This document shows positions 10,801-22,147 of a stretch of 64,000 nucleotides of DNA, in pieces. Source of the DNA: Eremomyces bilateralis CBS 781.70 (taxonomy: Eukaryota). The stretch lies in the NCBI GenBank assembly GCA_010015585.1, contig ML975154.1; one strand, written 5' to 3'. Each line of letters begins with the position of its first letter. The first letter of the stretch is position 1. The notes under the pieces were generated by a model that made no database searches, was not told where the DNA came from, and worked only from the letters and a program-made list of their open reading frames with translations. A program made the position numbers and the translations under genes.

Positions 10801-13800
10801 TTTGAAGGGCTAGGAACGTACCTGTCCCTGGATTTCCCAGCATCACGCAGTTGAAGCGTTCGGACGCCAGAGATGCATTCTGCCTCAGCATCGTGTCGAC
10901 CTTAGTTTTGATGGCGAGGAACTCCTGCTTGACAACGTTCAGCCCAACCATGCCCATAAGGTCATCAAGAGCCTGGCTTGTAGCGCCCGACTGCTCCTTG
11001 AGCCACTTCCAGTCTTCCTCAGCAGAGTCAAGGGGATCTAATCGGCTTCTGTGCGTTTTAAGCTCCAGTCCTGCTGGATCACTCGCTTGCATGCCGCAGT
11101 TCTCCTTCGATATCCGCAACTTTGCTTTCTGTAGCCTCGCCGCCGTGGCTCGAAGCTCTGTGGCATCTCTCCGCTTCTGCGCCATATCCTTTTTCTCGTC
11201 CTCTTCCTCCTTCATGTACTGTATCTGTCGACGCTGATGGTCAATTTCGTCTTCGATCTGCACCAGCTCCTGAATATATGCCTCTTGGCGAGCAAGCCGC
11301 TTGCTCTCCAGCTCAAGATCTCGTTTTCGTTGCCGCTCTTTCTCCTGGTCTTCGCGACGACACTCGCGGCACCTTTCGTCCTTTTGGCTGCACCTGGTCC
11401 TCAGCTTGTGGTTCCTTTCGCAGGTTCGTTCTATGACGGCTGTACACTTTCTTTGGGAGTGGTCAGCGATCCTGTGGCATCTGAGCGGGCATTCGTGCAC
11501 CCCACATGACAGCTTTGCTCCACTATACCATATTAGCTATACACTGTGAGGCGAATTCAGAGAGAGGATGGACTCGCCAAGGTTCAAAGCAGCCGCCGTC
11601 GGGGCAGTGCTGCTCGAAATCGAGAGGCATCTGCAGGATGGCCTCCCTCTCCGGGTGCCGGACGCAGTGCACCGGAAGCCCATCGTACAGGTGCCCACCC
11701 TCTTTCAGCAAATTGAAAAATGGAATCCACGCGTCTTTGCCTCTTCTAGCGCTCATGAACGTGTTCATATTCCCAATCATAATGATACAGCAGCGAGCTC
11801 GAGACAGCAGCACGTTGAGTCTTTCGGGCGCCGACATGAAGCCAATATCTCCGCTAGAGTTGCTTCTAGTTAGGCTCGCGACAATGATGTCACTCTCCTC
11901 ACCCTGGTAGTTGTCTAGAATGAATTAGAAGCGAAGAAGCGAATTGTAACAATGCTTACCGATGGTGGATAGCCGAAGGGGCTGCTTGTCGACCTTTGAT
12001 GCCGCTTGCGTCATCAGACCCGCCCGGATCAGATCGTGGGCGTCAAGATCGTTGAGTATGGGGTTGTTTTCTTCGACGAGCTTATCTCTCAAAAGCCGCA
12101 GCTGGCCGAGATACGGCGTCAAGAGAGCTATCCTGTCCGTCGTGTAGCCCTGCTGGCCCAAGTACGCGACGACCTTGAGCACCATGTCGGCCTCGAAGAC
12201 GTTTTGCTTGCTCGAGACCACAGACGGGTCTCTGCGATCGACCAGCTCGTCGACTCCGACTTCCAGATTTTCGTGGTGCACGAAGATTACTCGGTTGCGA
12301 ATCCCGTCGATGGATGGGCGATCAGCGGTCTTTGGGTCATCTAGTAAGTCGGGATACGTGAGTGCGCGAGGGAATGCCGAAATAGTCGGATGCATGCGGT
12401 GCTGCTTGCGTAGTGTGGTGTGCGGGTGACCCTGCAGTATCAGTCTCTCGAACAGCGACCTGTTCAGGTCGTAACCAAGGCCCTTTTCCACGGACAGCTC
12501 GTAATTGTTGATCTTTGGGCGGAGCTGCTTGTGGTCTCCAATCAGCACTAACTGCTTCACTGTCGGAGCGAGCGCTGTGAGGATGTGACACTCAAGAATC
12601 TCGCCGGCTTCCTCGACCAACACCATATCCGGCTTTGCAGCGCGGATAAGCTTGTTGTACATGGCGGCAGCAGTGGTAGTGCACGCGATGACCCTTTTCG
12701 AGTTGAGAACCTGGACCTTGTGCTCGTTGAAGAGCTCGCTCAATCTTTCTTGGTTGCGGTCGAGCCTCTGAACGATGATCTGGACGGACTCGGCGCGCTC
12801 TGAAATCATCGCCTTAGTCCATTTTGATTGCAGGTTCTGCCGTTCGGCGGGAGCAATGGTCCAAATCGTTGTGTCGGTCACTCGTTCTCCTAGAATTCCA
12901 GCGTCTAGACCTTTGATCCAGCGGCTATACAGGTAGTCCGGTCCGATTTCTCTTCCCCTCCTTCCCACCCTCTTCCACTGGGTACTTTCCGCTGGAAGCG
13001 TAAAGGTTTCGTGGAAGCGTTCAAAGTCTTCGGAAAACTCCAGGTACTCCATGACGCCGGAAAAAGAAATTTGAAATTGCTGGTAATTATCCCAGGCCTG
13101 TGCGAGCGCTCCCTGTATGAGGCGCCGTTCGGTCTTCAACTCATTGATGACAGCCCACGAACTTTGAGACGGCCTATGCCGCCCCTTTTGGTTTGTCAAG
13201 AGAAGAGGAGCCGTTCTAGTAGTATGCTTCGAACCGAGTCGAACCATGGCCTCGTCGGGGATCCCAACGTCCTGAAGCTCCTCAAGGAACTGGTCAAGGG
13301 CATGGTTAGTATAGCTGATGACCATGAATTTCTGATCCGTGTATTTGAAGAGGTACTTCATGATTTGCGACCCTATGAAGGATTTTCCGGTGCCGGGCGG
13401 ACCTTGAATAATCGACACTGGCGTCGACAAAGCGTTGAGAAAGGAACTGCACTGTGAGTGATCCATAGTTGTTGTGCTACCGATTCTGATAATCTTGTCG
13501 TCGGAAAATTCGACAGCACGCAGCTTAGAGACAAGGGCCTGTAACTTAGGGCTGAATTCGAACTCGAAGTCTTTAGACGTAGGGTCGAGGAGCCGTTCCT
13601 CAAGAGGAAGATTGCTGATGTCCTTGATTCCCTCCAGTACTGGTTGGTAAGCGAAGACGGGGGTACCAACAACAACGAACTGAAGATCTTCAAATGATTT
13701 GAGGGCCACCAGCGATTTTTCCAGCGCTCGGCTATCCGTGAACTGCAGCTGGACGACCGGAGGAGAGCGTACGAGCGAAGCGATGTTCCGGTCCACGAAT

Positions 13801-14864
13801 GCGAAGCCGTAAATGACCGGTCCCCGACACAGCGCACCGAACGCCTGGTGCTTGAGAAAGTTCTTGTTGCCGTCCAAAAATCGTTCCCGAGCGGAGGGCT
13901 CCATCTTCTTTAGCGACTCGAGGCCGCTGAAACATTTCAGAGACAACGAGCACCTTTTTGCTCTGGCTTCGTCTCCAGGGTCAAGGTTCACCGGAACCAG
14001 CTTCCCGAGTCGATGGGCGCTCAGTTTTCCTTTCCCCTTTCCGGTTGCGCTCTGTAAATCCTCTCGGAGCTCGGCCAGCATGTCTTCTCGAAGGAGACGG
14101 AACTGATTGTCAAGATGCACCCCGGCTCGCTCTGCGGGCTCGGAATCAAAAGCCTCGTTTACGAGGCGATAAAACGGCTTCGTCGTCGAAAGAAATTCGT
14201 CACTGGTCGGGAAGATATCGATGCGTCGAAAGTCGGCAAAGTCGTTATCGTGGCGTCCTCCTGGGGACTCCGCCGAGGCGGCCAAGGCTGCTGGAACGGA
14301 CCGCAATTGCACGGCCTTTTGGATCTTGTATCCGAACTCGCGGGTCTCCTGTGACGCCGTCTCCAGTAAGCGTCCGTTCTTGATGACTGCCTGGACATCA
14401 TTGAGCAGGTCGATTTCGAGCTTCGCGGGAAACAAGACAACCTCGTGGACCAGCCACGCAAACGGTCGAAGGCTATCCTCCGAGAGCTGGTGGTTCAGGA
14501 ACAGGCCAACTAGCGCGTTCCAGACGGTCGGTGGATGAACGACGGCGATCAGAACCTGTAGGAGAAACTGTCCATCCGCCAAAAGCTTCACTTCCGGATC
14601 GGAGAAGTAGTTCAGGAGGGGAAGCGTGTGAGTCGTTATAAATTTGAGGTTTATGTCGGCTCGCACGGAGTTTCCGATAGCTTCCATTCCTGAAGGGCTC
14701 GATACTAATAGCTCGACGCAGACTCTTGGAGGATTTTTACACGGAACGGCTTCGAGAAACAGCCTTGCGTTTGCAGGCGTGTTTATGGTCCGCCGACCGT
14801 GGATCACGTCGTGGAAGAGGCTTAGCAGCTTTCGAACGCGAGTAGGTTCTTCGAGAGTAGCCAT
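7822..14864 (-). CDS. ZNFX1/Upf1-like SF1 helicase + NFX1-like Cys/His region + coiled coil + three CbbX/SpoVK-type AAA+ ATPase domains (~2268 aa)
   Basis: Exons 14864-11960, 11914-11578, 11522-10822, 10777-9875, 9782-7822 (6807 nt, in frame). ZNFX1-type GGRHDNDFADFRRIDIFPTSDE and FRLLREDM. Helicase QGPPGTGKS, YTNHALDQ, EEAGE, LIGDHKQLRP, SLFERL, QHRMHP, DNYQGEE, RLNVLLSRAR. AAA Walker A GNPGTGKT, GSPGTGKT, GPPGTGKT, each with a DEAY Walker B and NPGLxxRF. Confidence 0.92.
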
Positions 14865-15225
14865 TCTTCGTAAGCAATTCGTCGTCGATTGGAAGACGAT
14901 TCGTCGTCGAAATCCGAAGCAGGATCTGAGCGATATTTGTACTCTGCCTTTCTGGATTGATAGCAGAAGGTAGAGCCGTAGAGGTGAAGGGGGCGCGGCA
15001 AAGGTGACCCAGGCCAGTGGATATGGAACTGCAGTGTAACACAAGATGTACTGCCATTCGCACAGAACCTGGAAAGACGCAGCAGCCGTTGACCGGTCAG
15101 AATAATGCCAACAACGCGGCAGCAAACGAACGCAAAGGATGTAAGGTATAACTCTTGACTGTTAGCCTGATGAAGCCCAGAGGAGGATCCAAACTTTCTT
15201 TCAATGTTCCATAGCCACGATCATC

Positions 15226-16573
15226 ATGCTAGGCCAGTACAGAAGAGGACCAGGCGGGAGGAACTGGCGTACATCGGCGCCGAAAAAGGTGGAAACTCCA
15301 TCTCCGCCTTATGGGACGCTGTTGAAGTCCATAGAAGTGAAAGATCTGGATGGGGAGTCGACATCTTTCAGTCAAACGGCTACCATCACAGATAGCCGTC
15401 TCGTTGCCTCTTACAACTGGGTCGACGGGAATACAGTAGAACCAACCATTCTCGTGCCAGGTAGGAACAGAGTTTATCACTGTGGAACAGACTTACAAGG
15501 CTACAGGGAAGCCACCGCGGTGGACACCACTCACGGAGGCCATGAATCTCGCTCAGGACTCCGGGGAGTATTTTCGAGACAAGAACGCTGCTCGGTACCC
15601 CAAGCACCCGATGGAGCCGGCAGTTCTGGCCCTCCTCGCGACCGACCCGGCAGTTCGAACTAAGCTCGACGTTATCGGGTGCGGAAGCACGATCGGGAAC
15701 CTGCTGCGATTCGTTCGTGGGAAAGACAAGCCGTTTCGTATGCTCGTCGAGTTGGTTCAGGACACCGTCTTCTTCATCCGGAGGGAAAACTCCCCAACCG
15801 AGCTCCTTCATGACGTCTACGGATACGGTCACACGTTTCCGGAAGTGTATACGAGCTGGGAGCCCGACGTCAAGGGATCTGCATCGCACCAGAGGCTGGT
15901 TCGGTACTCGTTCGGAGGGCTTCAGCTTATCGTGAGGTTTGAGGGAGATGGATACCTTGCAAAGTCCCCATCGTCGTCCGAGGCATCCCAAGACGCCAGC
16001 GTGGACGACCTCATCTCGGGTCTTCCGGTGGCCGCAAACATCTCAGAGAAGGTATCATCGGGAACCAAGTTGAAGGTCCAGCGCGCGGGCGAAGTGGTAG
16101 ACCAGGACTTCATCTTCGACCTCAAGACTCGAAGTGTTAATAAAAAGAACGACCAAGACACATTGGGAGAAGAGCTTCCTCGGATGTGGGTTTCGCAGAT
16201 TCCCAACTTCATCCTCGCCTATCACACTCGTGGAGTCTTTCATGACATCGAAGTCAGCGATGTGCATCAGGACGTCGAGGAATGGGAGAAGACTCATAAC
16301 CAGCAACTGTCCAAGCTGGCGGCTTTGATCCACCGAATCATCGTCGAAGTTCGCGGACGACCAGACGGAAAACTGGAGCTATGCAATGACGGCTCCGGCG
16401 AGTTGGAATTTCGAGAACAGCGATCAGAAGCCGGCGACGCGTTGTCGGTCGAAACCAAAGCTCTGTGGGTGAAGGACGTTGATTCTGACGAACCTGATAT
16501 CGTTTGGGCGGCAGATGATGACTACACTGCGTGTACAGAGTCCTGCGGGTACTGCGGCCAATGCACCTATTGA
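15226..16573 (+). CDS. Uncharacterised protein (~433 aa), putative Rai1/DXO-like PD-(D/E)xK nuclease
   Basis: Exons 15226-15460 and 15507-16573 (GTAGGA...CTACAG intron). Ordered motifs GSTIGNLLRF, YGYGHTFPE, RFEGDGY, FDLKTRS, WVSQIPNFILAYH parallel the DXO/Rai1 motifs. C-terminal CxxxCxxCxxC. The gene call is solid; the function is inferred. Confidence 0.7.
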
Positions 16574-17710
16574 ACGGCTATAAGTAATAATATTTTTCGC
16601 CTTGTACGCCGATTACCGTAGCTTCCAATAAGAACACGAAGTAGAATCATGGACAATGGCATCTCGGTATTATCTCGTGCTTACTCTTTACTCCTTGAGG
16701 GGAGTTGCAACTCCGGCCCAGAGATCGTATATAACCTGGCTAGGAGAGGAAGCATGCCGCAAACACCGGCCACAGCTCTTAGATGCCAGGACCTAGGAAG
16801 ATATCATGATAGTATAGTATAGTCAGCGCGGCAGCGTATCTCATAATAGAGGTATTTGAATGAACGTGTTCGTTCTGGGGGTTCCCAAACAGCAACATAA
16901 GATGGAGACATTCCTGTGGATCAGCTTCAACTTTTGCGTACTCTCCACGACTGACTTATGGGCAAGGAACGAAGGACTCCCATCGAAACAGTACCAAAAA
17001 ATTACCGAAAACATCGCCGGATCCAGAACGATGGTTAGGGGGTGGATAATCAAGTAAAAGACTCAGAAGTAAGAAGTGTGAAAGTGAAATCCGCATGTAG
17101 CACCTCATTAGTAGCCGGCACTAACAAGGCGACTAAGCAGCCCGGATAGCGACCCCGACAATCGAGACTCGGGGCCCTCGGGGCCCTCCCGTGCAGCCAG
17201 TAGGATTGGCGTTGATACGCATCCAGAACTAAACTCGAACTAAACCATCGAACTCCAAACATGGAAAATTAGAACCCCATCAGCTAGTTAGTTTCCCCTA
17301 AAAATTAGCCACACCCCACAATCGAACAAATCCACCGCCGATACACGTGTAACGCGCAGCGGTAGCCCACTCTGCCCCTCCGAAGTCGAAGCCGGCGTGT
17401 CGAGCGGAGGTGGAGTGACGTCTCCCGGTCACGGCGACGCTTGGGGGGAGCTGGGAGTGGGGACCTGATTAGGCGATTTCGGGCGAATGGGGGAGGATAT
17501 ATAAAGATCATGCGATGTCCGGAACTTGGTTGCGCGTAGCGAATTTGGTGAATTAACTTAATTATTGATGTCTAAGAATCGAAATTTAATATACGAAGCA
17601 CTATCCACAGTGAGTACGGGTCGTTTTGAAGTTTATGGAGGGAATTGGCGGTATATCCGACTAACTGGTTACAGCTCCCAGTATCTTCAACAACCTAAGT
17701 ACCTATCACC

Positions 17711-18650
17711 ATGTCAAAACTCCTTGAAGGCAAGGTAAGCCACCATTCCATCCCATCCCATCCCATCCCATCCATCCCCCTTACGAACCCCAACCCCCCT
17801 CCCCTTTCCCTCCTCCTCCCATCACCGATCACCTAACCCTCCCTAGGTCGCCATCATCACCGGCTCCGGCGGCGGCCTCGGCGCCACCATCGCCACCACC
17901 TTCCTCACTCACGGCGCCTCCGTCGTTCTCTCTGACATCTCCACCACGCGCCTCTCCGACAAGCTCGCGTCCCTCTCCGCCCTCGGGCCCGTCCACGCGG
18001 TCACCACAGACATCACCTCCGAAGCTTCCGTGGCAGCGCTCTTCTCGGCCGCGAAAGAGAAGTTCGGACGGGTGGATATCCTCGTGAATAACGCGGGGGT
18101 GATGGATAAGTTCGACCCGGTGGCGGAGCTGGAGAAGGAGTTGTGGGATCGGGTGATCGGGGCGAATTTGACGGGGACGTTCCTGTGTAGTCGTGCGGCG
18201 GTGCGGGAGATGTTAGGAGATGTCGACGCAGAGGAGGCGGTGGTGGAGGAGACGAGGGGGGAGGGGATGCCGGCGCCGGCGCCGCCGACACGGGGGGTGA
18301 TTTTGAATATCGGGTCGGTGGCGGGAGTGCGGGGCGGGAGCGGGGGAGCGGCGTATACGGCGAGTAAGCATGGAGTGATTGGGTTGACGAAGAATACGGC
18401 GGCGGCGTACGCGAGGAGGGGGATTCGGTGTAATGCGATTTTGCCCGGGGGGATGGCAACGAATATCAGCGATTCACTGGCGAAGGGGATTAATACGGAG
18501 GGGTTTGGACTGGTGCAGAAGACAATGGCGGTGGGGGCACCGTTGTGTGAGTTAGGGGATGTGGCAGAGTTATGTGCATGGTTGTGTGGTGGGAGTCGGG
18601 TGGTAAATGGAGCGGTGGTGGCAGCGGATGGGGGGTGGACGGCAGCGTAG
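17711..18650 (+). CDS. Short-chain dehydrogenase/reductase
   Basis: Exons 17711-17734 and 17847-18650. TGSGGGLG, DILVNNAG, NIGSVAG, YTASK and PGG motifs. Confidence 0.95.
17743..17778 (+). repeat. (CCATC)n microsatellite in the SDR intron
   Basis: ccattccatcccatcccatcccatcccatccatccc. Confidence 0.8.
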
Positions 18651-18853
18651 GGTGGAGATAGGGATGAAGATGAAGGGTTGGAGGAGGGGGTAGATGGATT
18701 TGTTGTCATGTATAGAAACTTGTTCTATTAGGGCGCTGGTACACCGGTTATGAAAGACTTGAGCGGCAGAATCGTTCGGAAGGAAAGGGGTATTTAGGAG
18801 CGCGGGTACATATTCAATCAGACCAAATGCCTTATGATGCCAGGGACCTTTCT

Positions 18854-20765
18854 TCAAGAAGATTCATTCGTAGCGTCAAAGACCGGTGCGAACTCAAAGC
18901 TCTGCCTCTTCGATCCGCTAGTCGCTCTACAGATGAATTAGTACTGATGGTTGGACGAATAACAGATGAGACAACATACTTTCGGATGACCCTCTCCATC
19001 GCATCCAATCCTCGTGCCAACACATCCATCTTCGGCCCATACGACAGCCGAACATAGTGGTGACACGTACTATCAAAGAGATCTCGTCGCTTCGCCGGAT
19101 TCAGATCGAAGAAAATGCCCGGGACAACGATGACCTTCGCCTCGAGGCACGCTTCGAAGAAGTTGAGGCCGTCGTTGATGGCTTCCGGCAGCTCGGACAA
19201 GTTCAACCAGATGTAGAACGTACTGGAGACGGTCAGTACTTCCCAACGGAAAAAAGGAGGGTCGGGTACCTGTTCGGGACGTAGGCGAGATCGAATCCCA
19301 TGTTGCGCAACCGCATCACCACGTAGTCCCGCTTATCCCGGAAATGCTTCTGCAACGCCACCATCTCGCACCGCACCCGATCCGGCTCCAACATCGCAAC
19401 CGCTGCCTCCTGAAACGGAACATTCGTCCCGCCGTCCAGATACGACCCACACGATCCGATTGCCTTAATGAACTCCTTCGGCCCCAGAATCCACGCCACC
19501 CGCCACCCCGGCAGCCGAAACCGCTTCGTCAGACCATCGATAATCAACACATCGTCGGCATTCACATCCACGATGTTGTCGGCCGCCGAGATGACAGTGC
19601 CGTCGCAACCAGAGGTGTAGTTATACCCGCCGTAGAACTCATCCATGATCAATGTCGCCCGCCCGCGGCAGATCCCCTGGATCTCCTGCAGCTCGTCGGA
19701 CGGCATGACCATGCCGGTGGGATTGCGCGGATTGGACGTGAGGATGACAGAGGTGCCGCGGGCGATCTCGTGGGCGATGGTCTCGGCACTGATGTGATAG
19801 CGGTCGTCCTCGGCCAGCGGGATGGGGAGGGCGGAGAAGTTGCGGAAGAGGGAGAGCATCTCGTTGTAGGCGGTATAGTCCGGGATGAAGAAGCCTAGGT
19901 AGGCGTTGCCGAGGACGGCGGCGATGCGGATGAGGCCGGCGCGTCCGCCGGGGACGATGGCGACGTTCTCCCAGGTGTATTGGCTGGGTTTGCCTTGGCG
20001 ATGGTGGGCATTGTAGAGATGAGCGACGGCGTCGCGGAGGGGTCTGATGCCGGCGGTGGGGCCATATTCGCGGCCGCTGACGCTGATGGGGATGGATTCG
20101 GGACGCTTGAAGCAGCCTTCGATATCGTCTTCCACTTCGGGAGCGCCTTGACCGAGATTTGCCCAGGCATGCGGTTCGTCGAGGTAGCCGTGGTCGTAGG
20201 CTCTTTCGCTCGTCCAGACCACGCCGGTCGAGGCACGAGACGGATCGAGGCCGGCATGGTGTTTGGGGGATTCGTGATGTTCTCTGAAAAGACGATGGAC
20301 GATTGAGGATTGTTCTAGTGAATGGTAAGTTGTCTGACTGGGGTTTAGATTGTAGATGTTAATATCCGGAAGGCTTTAGAATCGAGTAGTTCAATTGATG
20401 TTACAGGGGGTGTAGCGGGCAAGAATGGATTACAACGTGGATATAGATTGCAGTTCATGGGTTCCCGTACACCGAATGTAGGTATTACTGCTCATGGGTA
20501 GCTATCTCGCAGAAGGCCAAGGCGAGCGATGGGGAGCCGGGCTGGCATGGCTGGGCCTTGGCAATGCTTCGCTTTCGATCCTCGAGGGTTTTGATATGTA
20601 TTGTAGCAAGATGTTCGCGTGGATGGACTAAAAGAAAAAGAACTGCGATAGGAAGAAGCTGACGGTCAAAGTCGTATTCACACGCTTACCATTGTTAGAG
20701 TTTGTCCTTGCTAGTGACATGCGCCGCAAGGTAGAGGACATGGACTCTGTAGCGGTATGAGACAT
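18854..20765 (-). CDS. PLP-dependent class I/II aminotransferase (5' exon structure uncertain)
   Basis: NLGQGAPE, YGPTAGIRPLR, SNPRNPTG, IMDEFY, DGLTKRFRLPGWR (PLP Lys). Introns near 19223-19269 and 18927-18979. Likely ATG at 20765 (MSHTATESMSSTLRRMS). Confidence 0.88.
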
Positions 20766-21060
20766 GTTGAACGGCGAAATCAATGTCTGGATATATGATA
20801 CTGAGAGTGTAAGAAAGAAGGAAAAGTTTAGGGAATAATCTGATTGCTAGATGACGACGTTGGACATCTGAAAGAAAAATGACACAGGATTATAAGGACG
20901 ACGGTGGATGCTGCCAACCGGGTAGGGCCGCCAAAGCGTTTATAACGTTACTGTCGGGAGACCGAAATGCTAACTGATCATCATTTACCTAATCGTCTGG
21001 GTACTGGCTCTTAGCAGTAAATATATTGCTTTTCTTTGTTCTTGATTGTACCAAATGGAC

Positions 21061-21099
21061 GGTAGCGAGGGAAGGTAGCGAGGGAAGGTAGCGAGGGAA
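21061..21099 (+). repeat. 13-bp tandem repeat x3 (GGTAGCGAGGGAA)
   Basis: Three exact copies upstream of the aminotransferase. Confidence 0.9.
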
Positions 21100-22147
21100 A
21101 GTATGCACCGAGGAGAGGAAATGGGAGGGGAGCACCCCACAGTTGCATGACATGCCGCTACCAGTCTGAGGTGGGAAAACCAGCTTCTGGATTCGTCAGG
21201 ATGGTGATACTCCCCCCGTGATCGGGTATTTGCAGCGATGAAAGATGCTAATTCGGTGCAGCGGAAGCGGAGAGAATGGGCATGCAGCCTGACTGGAAGG
21301 ATTTATCGATTCTGGGATAAGTACCCGAAGCATGTGCTGGTTCCGTCCAACGCGTCAATCGAGGTCGAATGTAGGATATTAGGAGGATCGGAGGGATTTG
21401 ATTTGGTAAAAAATGGAACACAATGCCCTGGAATCGATATATGAAGTGGAGACGAGACTGGTCGTCCCATGTATCGTGAAGGTATTTTAAGGGTTGAAAG
21501 AAGCGGAGTTGAAGTCGAAGGGACGATGACTGACGCTGAGGGAGCGGTGTGGCCTGAATGCCTCAGGTTGCATTTTGTTGCGTTGGCCGATGTCCGATAC
21601 GAGCGACAACAATGTTATGGTACTCCCGTATGGTATCATTTCATCCTCCATCCTCCATCCTCCATCTTCAATCAACAAGATCGTTTCAAGATACCTAATC
21701 CTGTTTATCAAGAACCCCGATTCGGTGGTGGAGAACCCTGGAAAGCCCGTCCAGACTCCAGAAACCCGGAAACTCGGTATCAAATGCCACTGGAAACTGT
21801 GGGATATTGTTAGCTGGACCCCTAAGACGCCCCCCCTGAAAGCCCCGATTCCCCCAATTCCCTCGATTTTCTCCCCCCGACCGGCGGATAGCCGCCCCTT
21901 AAAGCTATTAAACCCCCCTCAACCCTCGTCCGCGTTCCATTCTTCGTTTTCTTTCCCTTTTTCTCGCCCAAAAACCCGTAATTCCCTTACCCACATCTTC
22001 ACCGAAGAACTCTAAGTGATCACCATATCCGTGACCGCGACCCAGCTATCCCTAACCTCTCGACGTCTATACTACACTTAACAGATAATATCCATTTCGT
22101 TTTTCGAGTCGTCATCTCGAGGGGCAATTCACTCGGGTCTGTCAACC

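Noticed and set aside
7822..10830. CbbX Rubisco activase or SpoVK sporulation function
   Set aside because: Only the AAA+ clade is shared. The domains are spliced into a fungal helicase gene and there is no Rubisco context.
14865..15125. N-terminal extension of the 1066-aa helicase ORF
   Set aside because: It starts at TTG and does not look protein-like. The first ATG (14864) is the likelier start, leaving a ~360-bp shared promoter.
7566..17700. Transposon or Starship boundaries around the helicase/nuclease pair
   Set aside because: No TIR, TSD, transposase or tyrosine recombinase found by eye. Only a short AAACATGGA match near both sides, compatible with chance.
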